In this document: piece after piece, positions 27,428-36,930 of the stretch | How the letters are laid out: each line of letters starts with the position of its first letter | How positions within the stretch are numbered: position 1 is the stretch's first letter | Source of the DNA: an uncultured virus (IMG/VR IMGVR_UViG_3300008113_007374) | Taxonomy: Duplodnaviria > Heunggongvirae > Uroviricota > Caudoviricetes | Length of the DNA: 64,000 nucleotides | Virus record (IMG/VR): IMGVR_UViG_3300008113_007374 | Direction: 5' to 3' (one strand) | Program-made: the position numbers and the translations under genes | Notes under the pieces: model-generated | What the model saw: the letters and a program-made list of their open reading frames with translations, nothing else | What the model was told of the DNA's origin: nothing | Database searches by the model: none

Positions 27428-29725
27428 TTAAGCAATCTCATATGAACCATTCCATACAAAATAATCCCCATCCCCCCAAGCGAATGGTAAAGTCGCATCC
27501 AAACCTGAGCTTTTACCTATGGATGCTGTCGATGGGGCGAGTATTGAACTTTTAGTTGTAAAACCTCCGTAAGCCCCATTCATTAATCCTTGATACCAAT
27601 CAATACCTTGGTCCAAAATTGAAACAGGTAATTGAACTCCTTCCGCAGATGCCGCAACAAAAGGTAATGAGATTTCCCAAGCGCCAGTTCCTCCTGATGT
27701 TGTCGTTCCAAATAATAATTTACCTCTATAAAAACAAGTTTTACCAATAACTTGGTATGCTCCTGTAATAGAACCATTACCTATTGTTGGTTGTGTTCCA
27801 CCATTAGATGACCAAGATGGTGTGAATGATGTCCACGATGATGTTATATTAGTACCACTTAAAACTATTGTTGTAGCAGAAATAGTTGTTGAGGATATCG
27901 TTGGTGATGTTACTGTTGTTGCCGAAAATGTCGTTGCACTTAAACCTGAACTTATGATAGTATTTCCACTCACATGTAAAAGAGCTAATGGACTTTCTGT
28001 ACCAATACCAACATAACCTCTTGTACTACCCGAACCTTTAATAAATAAATCTGAACTATTGGTTGCAGCACTTCCAACCTTAAATTTAACATCTTTTGTA
28101 CCTGTTGTTCCTGATAGTGTAATAATTTGTAAACTATTGTTATTTACACTATTAGTTATAAAGGTATCTCCTGAGACAAAACCCCCACCAGTTGGGTATT
28201 GTTCCCCGTAAGTACCAATACTTAATGATGTATTACCCGCAACAAAAACTTTGGATGTAAATTGTGTACTAGTGCCTGAAATTTGCATCGCACTGTTAAA
28301 AACGGATGGTTTGAATGCAAAAGTTCCATTTGTGGAGGCAAAATCAAATGCAAAACTCGGCACTTTGTTAAACCCTACATATTTGTTTGTTAAGTCAAGT
28401 ACCATTTGATTACTCTGACCAAATATTACGTTTCCTTCATTAAATGGATTAATATATAATGGTGAACATGAATGTATGTTCGTTACATACAAATCAGTGA
28501 CGCAATTTGCAGAAGCTCCGATTGTGTTTGTTGAAATTGTATTTGCAGTAATCCCACTTAAAAATGTTGTAGTTGCTGAAATTGTTCCACCACTAAAAAT
28601 ACCATCCATACCACTCGACCCTGAAGAACCGCTTGTCCCACTACTACCAGATGTACCATTTGTACCACTAGTACCATTTGTTCCCGATGTTCCATCAATA
28701 CCTGATGAACCTGAACTACCACTTGTACCATTAGTTCCTGATAAACCTGAACTACCACTAGAACCATCAGTACCATTTGTTCCCGATGTTCCTGTGACAC
28801 CAGTTATAGGGGACCAACTTGCATAACCACTTGCATCTGATGTTAAAACATATCCTGCGGTGGCCCCTGAAGTCATTTGAAAGTTTTCAGTTTTAAGTCT
28901 ACCTATAACATCAACTTTTTCCGTAGGATTTATTGTACCAAATCCAACAAAACCTCTTGTTGTTCCACTACCTTGTATGTGAACATCAGGTGTTGTTCCA
29001 TTAGCATCTTGACCTGCATAAAATCTGACATAATCTTGTGTGGAACTTCCTTGTCTATTTATTATATTCAAACCATTTGCATCATTGGATGCATACAAAT
29101 GTCCATCTCCGACTGCTCCGTATCCCGGATATGTAACATCTGTCCAAGCCCTCATACCAAACCCCACAGATGCATCAGGGTTGGCTCCCGATGGAGAAAT
29201 TGTTGCAGACATTCTTGGCAAGTTGGTTGAACCTGAAATATCCAAAACACCTCCAACAGAGTTTCTATAATTCAAAACTGATGCACCATTATACAACTCC
29301 AAAGTGTTTGATGGTGAGGTAGTTCCAATACCAATCCTGGCGTTTCCTTGGTCTAAAGTAATACCTGATAATATTCCAAAAAATGTGTTTCCTGTTACAG
29401 TACCTCCTGATAAAGGAAGATATTCACCACTTCCACCTCCACTAGTACCACTTGTGCCATTAGTACCTGAAGAACCACTACTCCCACTTGAACCTGAAGA
29501 ACCACTACTCCCACTTGAACCTGAGGTTCCGTTTGACCCGCTTGTACCGGATGAACCACTACCTGTTGCTCCTGTAATTGCGTTTGCTAATTGTTGAATT
29601 GTTGCTTTGTATGAAGAGCCAGCGGCGTTTTGTGAGGTATCACCTGTTATTACTATGTGAATTAAATCACTAAGAGTTACTCCTGTGGCTAAGGACCTGT
29701 CGGTTAATCTATTATAAGTTGGCAT
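27428..29725 (-). CDS. Tail fibre-like protein with Gly-Ser/Thr triplet repeats
   Basis: Two (GSS/GTS/GTN)n tracts, repeated G(I/F)GT..P motifs, C-terminal WTSFTP..GNGSITGAY..IGK..LPF fibre-tip-like domain. Confidence 0.8.
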   Translation of the reverse strand: MPTYNRLTDRSLATGVTLSDLIHIVITGDTSQNAAGSSYKATIQQLANAITGATGSGSSGTSGSNGTSGSSGSSGSSGSSGSSGSSGTNGTSGTSGGGSGEYLPLSGGTVTGNTFFGILSGITLDQGNARIGIGTTSPSNTLELYNGASVLNYRNSVGGVLDISGSTNLPRMSATISPSGANPDASVGFGMRAWTDVTYPGYGAVGDGHLYASNDANGLNIINRQGSSTQDYVRFYAGQDANGTTPDVHIQGSGTTRGFVGFGTINPTEKVDVIGRLKTENFQMTSGATAGYVLTSDASGYASWSPITGVTGTSGTNGTDGSSGSSGLSGTNGTSGSSGSSGIDGTSGTNGTSGTNGTSGSSGTSGSSGSSGMDGIFSGGTISATTTFLSGITANTISTNTIGASANCVTDLYVTNIHSCSPLYINPFNEGNVIFGQSNQMVLDLTNKYVGFNKVPSFAFDFASTNGTFAFKPSVFNSAMQISGTSTQFTSKVFVAGNTSLSIGTYGEQYPTGGGFVSGDTFITNSVNNNSLQIITLSGTTGTKDVKFKVGSAATNSSDLFIKGSGSTRGYVGIGTESPLALLHVSGNTIISSGLSATTFSATTVTSPTISSTTISATTIVLSGTNITSSWTSFTPSWSSNGGTQPTIGNGSITGAYQVIGKTCFYRGKLLFGTTTSGGTGAWEISLPFVAASAEGVQLPVSILDQGIDWYQGLMNGAYGGFTTKSSILAPSTASIGKSSGLDATLPFAWGDGDYFVWNGSYEIA

Positions 29726-29752
29726 ATCACTTTATAAATATTGTAGAAATAA

Positions 29753-30037
29753 TTATTGAAACACATTAATGTCCCCATCCATGAAAATAAACACATTCCC
29801 ATCTTGGAAACTATAAACTCCACATTCTAATAAATATAATTTCTCACATAAAGTGCCATCTAAAATTTTAAGATAAACCGCAGGAGCATTTGGAAAAAAG
29901 TTATCTGTGTTTATTACCACTGTGGGTGAAAAAGAAGTGACCGCAGTAATAAAAAAACACCCAATATTATTTGAATCACACACATAAATGTTGTATGGGC
30001 TTGTTCCACTAGTTACTCCTGTTACTTCTATTAACAT
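29753..30037 (-). CDS. Small virion protein, paralogue family A
   Basis: SGTSPYNIYVCD..LKILDGTLC. Confidence 0.75.
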   Translation of the reverse strand: MLIEVTGVTSGTSPYNIYVCDSNNIGCFFITAVTSFSPTVVINTDNFFPNAPAVYLKILDGTLCEKLYLLECGVYSFQDGNVFIFMDGDINVFQ

Positions 30038-30325
30038 TTATATCCAAACTAATCTATCCCCACTTTCTGTGGTTATTATGAGTGCCGTCTCAGTTAATAT
30101 AAAAAACGTATCTGAAGGACAATAAACGTATTTAAAAATTAAACATCCCGTACTATCAACAAGTTTAATCAACAATACTTGTGCAGATGAGAAAAATGAA
30201 TTAAGCGTATACGTCGTTCCTGTTGACCCTAACAAAAAACAATTATTCATGTATTGGTCACAAACATAAAACTGATAGGGTGGTGTACCTCCTGTTTCTC
30301 CTGATATGATTAATTGTGATGGCAT
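30038..30325 (-). CDS. Small virion protein, paralogue family A
   Basis: GGTPPYQFYVCD..IKLVDSTGC. Confidence 0.75.
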   Translation of the reverse strand: MPSQLIISGETGGTPPYQFYVCDQYMNNCFLLGSTGTTYTLNSFFSSAQVLLIKLVDSTGCLIFKYVYCPSDTFFILTETALIITTESGDRLVWI

Positions 30326-32619
30326 TAAACGTAGCAGACAACATCATAAACAATACTCAACCCTAAACTAAAATCAGCATCAGATAGTGGGTCTTCATCC
30401 CCATCACAATTTGAATAAATTGTAAGAGTATTATTCAATAGGTTTATTTCATAACTTTGTATTTGAGGGATACCTGATAAAATATTTTCTATTGTTGATT
30501 GCCAAACACTATCTTGTGGAACATCATTTAATGTTGTTGCTGTGTAAAATGTTTGAGTATATGCGGTTCCATTAATATCAACCTCACAAATTAATTCAGC
30601 AGAATTAAATGAACAACCAGTGTACCCTGAAATAATATCTAAATAACCTTCATTCAACATTTCAATTAATCCTCTTTGATTTCCTGATGATGTTGTAAAT
30701 GTGTTAGTACACAAATTAAATGTTTGGTAAGACGTAACTAAATTACCTATACAAGTTATAGTAAAATTTTGAGTTTGGGTACATCCTGATGAATCTGTAA
30801 TTGTTACATCATAAGTCCCTCCACTTAAATTAGTCACAGTTGAACCTGTTTGTCCGTTTGACCAACTATATATGAATGGGGGTGCCCCATCATATATATT
30901 AACAGTCGCTGTTCCGTTATTAGTCCCGTCACAATTGGTGGTTGAAAGTCCTGTTATCAGACTTCCACCTGTTGTTATAGTAAATCCTGTACTTACTACA
31001 CACCCATCAGCATCTGTAACGCTTATTGTGTAACTTCCTGCAGCCAAATCAGTATAAGTAATTGCCGATAATGGTGAATCTATTAGTGTGTCCCCATTAC
31101 TTAAAATGTAATCTAAAGGTGATGTGTATCCCGAACTTACTTGAATAACTGCAGTTCCATTTAATTGACCACAAGTTGAGCCGGTTGTTGTTGCACTAAC
31201 GCTAAATTTAGGTGTTGACGTAACACTCACTTGTTGTTGGTAAACACAACTACTCCCACTACCTGAAATTGTTATCAAATAGTTGTCAGTAACTAAATTG
31301 CTAAAAGTATATGTTTGACTTTGACTTACATTTGATTGTACGTTTCCTGAAGTTTGCCCTGATAACGTATAGTTATAAGATTGGTTAGCTCCTCCAATTG
31401 AAATTTGAATTGAGCCTCCATTGATATTACAAACAGGGTTTGTGACTGATACACCCACAAGGTCAAAACTACCAGGAGTTAAAAGATTACCACTCACTAA
31501 GGTCTGACAATAACTCGCATCTCTAACCAACACTTGGTAATTACCCGCACTTAAACCTGATATTGTGAATTCATCATCTAATGTATATCCAACTAAACCT
31601 GTAGTTGCCGAATAGTAAAGAGGTGAAGTTCCTCCACTTATGGTAAAACTTAATGAACCGTTATTTTGAAAACAACTTGGTTGAATTGCTGTCTGAAATG
31701 CTAACCCTAATGGTAGAGCAACTCCTATTGTTTCTGTTTTTGTTGTCTGACACCCTAAACTATCTGTAACCGTACAACTGTATGTTCCTTGTGTTAGTCC
31801 CGTTATAATTTGTGTTGTTTGCCCATTACTCCATAAGTAAGTATACGGACCTGTACCCGTCATACCAGTTACAGCTAACTTACCCCAATTTAAATCACAA
31901 TTAGATGTATCAACTTTCCAAAATCCAAAATCAACAGCAGTACTAGCACTAACTACAGTATTTTCTGTATAGGCGGTCGCCAATGCGTTATCAACAACAA
32001 TCGCATAATAGATACCATTTGGTAAATTATTAAACGTCTGAGGTAATGTTGCGACACCTACCGTTGAGTCGTAAATACCATCTTTATAAAGTAAAATAGT
32101 AAAAGGTGAGCCCGATGTTGCGGCACTTACTTCGAAATAACCATTATCTATTCCACAAGTTGTACCACTTGTATTAATAATCTTAGCATCAAAACACCCA
32201 CTTATTGTTACATTTATAAAAAGTTCATTGTTTTGAATACCTTGACTATCATTTAACCTAAAAACGTAAGTTCCACCAGTAAGGCCAGTGAAAGTTATTT
32301 GCGTGGTTCCTGTTTGGGCACTTATGGATGGGTCAAAAGTATTATCAATAGTATATGGTGAAATTCCTCCTGTTGGATAAAAAACAATTGTTCCTGTCGC
32401 CGCTGAACAAACTCCAGTTACTGAAAAACTAACGTCTAAAGGACCTTGGTTACAGTTTTGAGTACAGGTCTGACCCGTAGCAATATATACACCAAAAGAT
32501 GTTCCTGTAAATGTTTCGTCTAAACAAATACTTTGACCTACGGAAACACCTGTTTGGGTATTACCACAACAATCCACATAACTAAAAACACCATTCGTTA
32601 AACCTGAAACACAAGCCAT
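30325..32619 (-). CDS. Multi-SprB-repeat adhesin-like virion protein
   Basis: About seven repeats such as GTGPYTYLWSNGQTTQIITGLTQGTYSCTVTDSLGC and GAPPFIYSWSNGQTGSTVTNLSGGTYDVTITDSSGC. Confidence 0.85.
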   Translation of the reverse strand: MACVSGLTNGVFSYVDCCGNTQTGVSVGQSICLDETFTGTSFGVYIATGQTCTQNCNQGPLDVSFSVTGVCSAATGTIVFYPTGGISPYTIDNTFDPSISAQTGTTQITFTGLTGGTYVFRLNDSQGIQNNELFINVTISGCFDAKIINTSGTTCGIDNGYFEVSAATSGSPFTILLYKDGIYDSTVGVATLPQTFNNLPNGIYYAIVVDNALATAYTENTVVSASTAVDFGFWKVDTSNCDLNWGKLAVTGMTGTGPYTYLWSNGQTTQIITGLTQGTYSCTVTDSLGCQTTKTETIGVALPLGLAFQTAIQPSCFQNNGSLSFTISGGTSPLYYSATTGLVGYTLDDEFTISGLSAGNYQVLVRDASYCQTLVSGNLLTPGSFDLVGVSVTNPVCNINGGSIQISIGGANQSYNYTLSGQTSGNVQSNVSQSQTYTFSNLVTDNYLITISGSGSSCVYQQQVSVTSTPKFSVSATTTGSTCGQLNGTAVIQVSSGYTSPLDYILSNGDTLIDSPLSAITYTDLAAGSYTISVTDADGCVVSTGFTITTGGSLITGLSTTNCDGTNNGTATVNIYDGAPPFIYSWSNGQTGSTVTNLSGGTYDVTITDSSGCTQTQNFTITCIGNLVTSYQTFNLCTNTFTTSSGNQRGLIEMLNEGYLDIISGYTGCSFNSAELICEVDINGTAYTQTFYTATTLNDVPQDSVWQSTIENILSGIPQIQSYEINLLNNTLTIYSNCDGDEDPLSDADFSLGLSIVYDVVCYV

Positions 32620-32627
32620 TTTTTATC

Positions 32628-35600
32628 TTAACATATTACGTATCCACTACCAGTGTCTTGGATGTTTATGTAAATACTATTTACACCGCTTACTACAGTA
32701 TAAGTATAGTATGAACTAATTCCACAGTAACCTGTGTATGTACCACTATTATTTCCAGTTCCAAATCTTATATTAAACCCACCTGAATTTAAAACACCAA
32801 TATCTATCACATCACCAATTAAATTAGATGTTGAATAAGTTTGGTAATTTTGTAAAGTCAAAGGTTTATTACCAACTCCTTGATTTGGTATTGTAATCCA
32901 TGCACCTCCATTTATCCTATAAATTAATGTTAATGGTAATGGGAGTAAAACCGGAGACCCTAAGTACATGTTAACAGTTGCGTACGCAGGTGTTGGGGTT
33001 GGTGTAGGTGTTGGGGTTGGTGTTGGGGTTGGTGTAGGTGTTGATGCCGGTGGTGTACAATTAATATCAATATCAACACCGATGTTTAAATATAATGTAC
33101 TAATTGAGAAATTATCATAACAAGATGTATTACTCACTATTAAAGTGTTCCCCGCAAAGTAGTAATTTAACCCATAATTATATAAACCGACTAACTCAGT
33201 ATCAATAGCATTAATTAGTTGAGTTTGAGTTGGGTAATCGTTTATACCATAACCTGTATAAAATTGTTCTTGAACTAATATTTGAGAGTCTAATCTACAA
33301 TCAACATACCAGTTAGAAACAATACTATTTAAATCGCACATGTTTTGTGTAAACCCACTTTGAGACAACAAACTTGCAACTAATGTTTGTAATATTTGAG
33401 AAGGTGTCCCATCAATACTACATTGTAATGTTTGGTCAATACAGTCATAAGCAAATGGTTGTCCCATATACTTACATGGAATACAAGCCACAGGAATAAT
33501 CTGACACCCTCTTTGTCTTCTCCAAACGTATTTTTGTCTATGGAAAATAGAGTTTTCCATTTTTTGACCTGTTAACCATAAAGATGTACCAGGAACAACT
33601 TGTTCCAATAGTCTTTGCCAATAATCACCCAAACCTAAAGTATAATCAATCATTTTTTGGTATGAGAAATTATTTGATGGTATTCCTACCGTTTGTTCTG
33701 AATTTAAATAATTCCAAAAAACAGATTGTAGTGTTGGATAACCTCCTGTTTTACCATCAGTAATTGTTTGTCTGTTTCTTACATTAATAAAATTGTTATA
33801 GAAACTTTGTGCGAACTCAAAGAAAGTTTTTTGTTTTGGTTTTGGGTCAATGTGTGTCCAATCAATATTTCCAGGGTATGGGTATGGTGATGTTAAACCT
33901 GAATTTGGTATTGGGTAATCATACTTAACAGACATGTCCCATATATCATATGTAATACCTTGTCCCATGTTCATATAAAGTTCCAAATTCTTAGAATTGA
34001 TTACCAATTTGTCATTACCAACTGAATAATCAACACCATTAAAGTTATCATTATTTTTTCTTACACCTACATCACTTACTACCCATGATTTTTGGTTGTC
34101 CGAAACACGTCTTAAAGTATAACCCACATTCATGTCAGGGAATTTTCTAAGACTATCCATATACTCCTGACCAAAATTAAATGGTTGAATTTTTGTAATT
34201 AAATAAGGGTTTGAACCACTAAGTGATGAATTTTCGTTATCAGCAATCTCTATTGACCTATGTTTTGGTGTTTGTTCGAACCATCCCGCACCTTTTTGAA
34301 AAAAATTGTCACTTGTTTGTGCAGGGCTTTTAGGGTAACCATCACTATCCACTCCATAGTCATCTAATGTTGTGGTAATACGTCTTATAAACCCACTACT
34401 CGCATAACCTGTATATGTTACACCCTGAACTTTAAAGGTGTTCGTAGGGTCTAAAGCTGGTGCCGTTACAAATTTTGTTCCACCTGATATTGTTGCATAT
34501 TGTTCGGTGAAATTATTAACATTAATTCTAGCATCCGCAACATAAACTATTTCGTTAAATTCCATTAAAGCCTCAGGAGCACCAATAAATCTCATAACAT
34601 ACTCCATAGACCTTCTTGTCCCTTTAGTTTTGTACATGTAAGCAGAATTCAAAATTAAATTCCTATAATATTGATAATTTAATTCTGTTGGTGTCGGGCT
34701 ATTAGTTTGACCTGCATAAATTTGTTGAGATTTTGAACTAAAAACAGAATCTAAAAAATTCTCATTCGTTATTGGTGAAATATTAGGATTAATCCCTAAA
34801 GTTTGAGCCAAATTAAATAATAGTTGCGATGGTATATCATTACCGACTTGGTAATTAACCGAATTCATATATGCTAAACTATCTATAAATTTTTTAACTT
34901 CATCAAAACTTCTACCATAAAGTTGTAAAACCTTTTCAATTTTTTGGTCTTGTGTATCAAATTCTTTGAATGAACCTGTTATTAAAAACCTACTAATTAG
35001 ATTTGTTTTATATTCATCAAGTCTTTCGGCAACTAATTGTAAATTATCCAAATATTTGTTAAATAATGAACTTGTAATATCTAAGTTCCAAAATTTATTA
35101 ATAGGCCAAGTTACACTCTTATTATATAGTGTGTATTTACCTGTTGTGCCATCATATTCGGGATATGAAAAAACGGCTTTATACTTTGGTAAGGTATTTT
35201 GATTAAGTAAGAATTTTTCAACCTCATCAAAGGCATCTCCAAATATTTCTTGAGTTTTACTATTGTTTGGTTTTAAAATTAAAGATTTTGTTGTTGCAGT
35301 TGCGCCACTAAATAAATCACCACTAACACTAACGGTAACCGTACCACCACTCATACTTTGAGTTGGTTCAAAAAATGTTAAATTATATTCTTTATTTAAA
35401 TCTTCAAAATAGATTGAATACTTTTCATATTCAGTAGTCAAAGCCCTTATTGGGTGAACAGGAAACGGTTGGACCGCGATGTTTCTTTCAGCATTAACAG
35501 AAAAATCAATACTAAATGGATTTCTAAATAATCCAGAATCCATATCAAAAGTTGTTTCGTTATTAACTGAATTATAAACAATATTATAAGCAGTAAATCC

Positions 35601-35990
35601 GGAGTATAATCCTGATTGGTGTAAAGCGATTATTTCAATAGCCGCAGGGAAATTATTAATTATTTTAATCGCCGACGCTGAAAGTCTTTTGGTTAATGAA
35701 CCATAAAGAGAAAAACTTGTTATTTCTGATAAATCATAGTTTGGATAAACTTTAAAGTTTTTTTCAATTATTCTTCTTGCCTCATCAATATTAGTGACAT
35801 TTATATTATCTAAAGTATATGGTTCAGAAAAAACCCCAGTATCGAAAGTTCTGTTAGACTTTTCGTATATCGCTGAGGTAAATTGGAAATTTCCTTGCGT
35901 TAATCCACCTGCATCAGTAATCTGAACTCCGACAAGATTATCTGCAAAAGTATTTGTTCCAATAGGTGGGAAGAAAATCTTATTAGCCAT
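32628..35990 (-). CDS. Baseplate wedge-type protein (P2 gpI/T4 gp7-like motif) with C-terminal PT linker
   Basis: LLFNLAQTLG...YMYKTKGTRRSMEYVMRFIG motif; (TP)n tract at ~32988-33043 followed by a small beta domain. Confidence 0.65.
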   Translation of the reverse strand: MANKIFFPPIGTNTFADNLVGVQITDAGGLTQGNFQFTSAIYEKSNRTFDTGVFSEPYTLDNINVTNIDEARRIIEKNFKVYPNYDLSEITSFSLYGSLTKRLSASAIKIINNFPAAIEIIALHQSGLYSGFTAYNIVYNSVNNETTFDMDSGLFRNPFSIDFSVNAERNIAVQPFPVHPIRALTTEYEKYSIYFEDLNKEYNLTFFEPTQSMSGGTVTVSVSGDLFSGATATTKSLILKPNNSKTQEIFGDAFDEVEKFLLNQNTLPKYKAVFSYPEYDGTTGKYTLYNKSVTWPINKFWNLDITSSLFNKYLDNLQLVAERLDEYKTNLISRFLITGSFKEFDTQDQKIEKVLQLYGRSFDEVKKFIDSLAYMNSVNYQVGNDIPSQLLFNLAQTLGINPNISPITNENFLDSVFSSKSQQIYAGQTNSPTPTELNYQYYRNLILNSAYMYKTKGTRRSMEYVMRFIGAPEALMEFNEIVYVADARINVNNFTEQYATISGGTKFVTAPALDPTNTFKVQGVTYTGYASSGFIRRITTTLDDYGVDSDGYPKSPAQTSDNFFQKGAGWFEQTPKHRSIEIADNENSSLSGSNPYLITKIQPFNFGQEYMDSLRKFPDMNVGYTLRRVSDNQKSWVVSDVGVRKNNDNFNGVDYSVGNDKLVINSKNLELYMNMGQGITYDIWDMSVKYDYPIPNSGLTSPYPYPGNIDWTHIDPKPKQKTFFEFAQSFYNNFINVRNRQTITDGKTGGYPTLQSVFWNYLNSEQTVGIPSNNFSYQKMIDYTLGLGDYWQRLLEQVVPGTSLWLTGQKMENSIFHRQKYVWRRQRGCQIIPVACIPCKYMGQPFAYDCIDQTLQCSIDGTPSQILQTLVASLLSQSGFTQNMCDLNSIVSNWYVDCRLDSQILVQEQFYTGYGINDYPTQTQLINAIDTELVGLYNYGLNYYFAGNTLIVSNTSCYDNFSISTLYLNIGVDIDINCTPPASTPTPTPTPTPTPTPTPTPAYATVNMYLGSPVLLPLPLTLIYRINGGAWITIPNQGVGNKPLTLQNYQTYSTSNLIGDVIDIGVLNSGGFNIRFGTGNNSGTYTGYCGISSYYTYTVVSGVNSIYINIQDTGSGYVIC

Positions 35991-36898
35991 TAAGTAATAA
36001 TATTTGTGAAGTTTTTACTGAAGTCTATATTAGCACCCCTATCTTGTCTAACTTCGTATAACAACTCATTAAAGTTATCTCTAACCTCAAACAAGTTGTA
36101 TTGTTTATAGATGTTGTTATTACTATCATATAATGTGTAAATACCGTCTTCCATACTCTTAGTTTGATTACCGTAAAGAGCTATTGCAATCGTATCCAAA
36201 TCGTAATCAGCCATTTGTATATCAATGGTGATTGGATTAAAGAAAGTATTAGATACAATAATTTTTTGATTTGGTTGACCTATAAAAGGTGTTGCTGTTG
36301 GTTTGTTTGTTGGTGAAGAGGATGGTGATAAAGTACAAAATACTAAGTCACTCCCGCCATCAACGTAACGATATCTGATGGTTTTTTGTGATGAATTAAC
36401 TTGTTCATTTGTAATAGGTTCACAAAAAAATGATGAAGTTACTATTCTATAAAAATTTGGTATTTTACTCCCATCTAAATTTAGGTATTCAACTCTAAAC
36501 CCAACTAACCCTTGGTTTGTAAATTTATTTCTGTATTGTGATGGAACATCATTAATATTAATAATAATACCTTTTACATTTGGAAGTGCCGATAATACCC
36601 CACAATCAGTGATAGTTGTTCTTATTTCAGCAGGTTTAATATACAATGTGTAGATTCCTTTTTTGTTAAACTCACTAGCAGGTAATTTTAAATTATATAA
36701 ACCTCCTAAAATTTCTACACCCGAATTACCTCCAGTATCAGCGTTATGGTAATATGGTGTTAAAATACTTTGCGAATTTAACTTTTTAAGAAGAAAATTA
36801 TCCGTTACGTCTCTACTCGGTGTGTAGTGTAATATGATATCAACATCCGCTGGTGATACATCTGAAGGTCTTACAATACCATATGTTCCTAATGCCAT
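35990..36898 (-). CDS. Putative structural protein
   Basis: 302-aa ORF in the structural module, preceded by TATTTATA. Confidence 0.75.
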   Translation of the reverse strand: MALGTYGIVRPSDVSPADVDIILHYTPSRDVTDNFLLKKLNSQSILTPYYHNADTGGNSGVEILGGLYNLKLPASEFNKKGIYTLYIKPAEIRTTITDCGVLSALPNVKGIIININDVPSQYRNKFTNQGLVGFRVEYLNLDGSKIPNFYRIVTSSFFCEPITNEQVNSSQKTIRYRYVDGGSDLVFCTLSPSSSPTNKPTATPFIGQPNQKIIVSNTFFNPITIDIQMADYDLDTIAIALYGNQTKSMEDGIYTLYDSNNNIYKQYNLFEVRDNFNELLYEVRQDRGANIDFSKNFTNIIT

Positions 36899-36930
36899 TT
36901 TTTATTTTATAAATAGTTTATCTGTATTTT

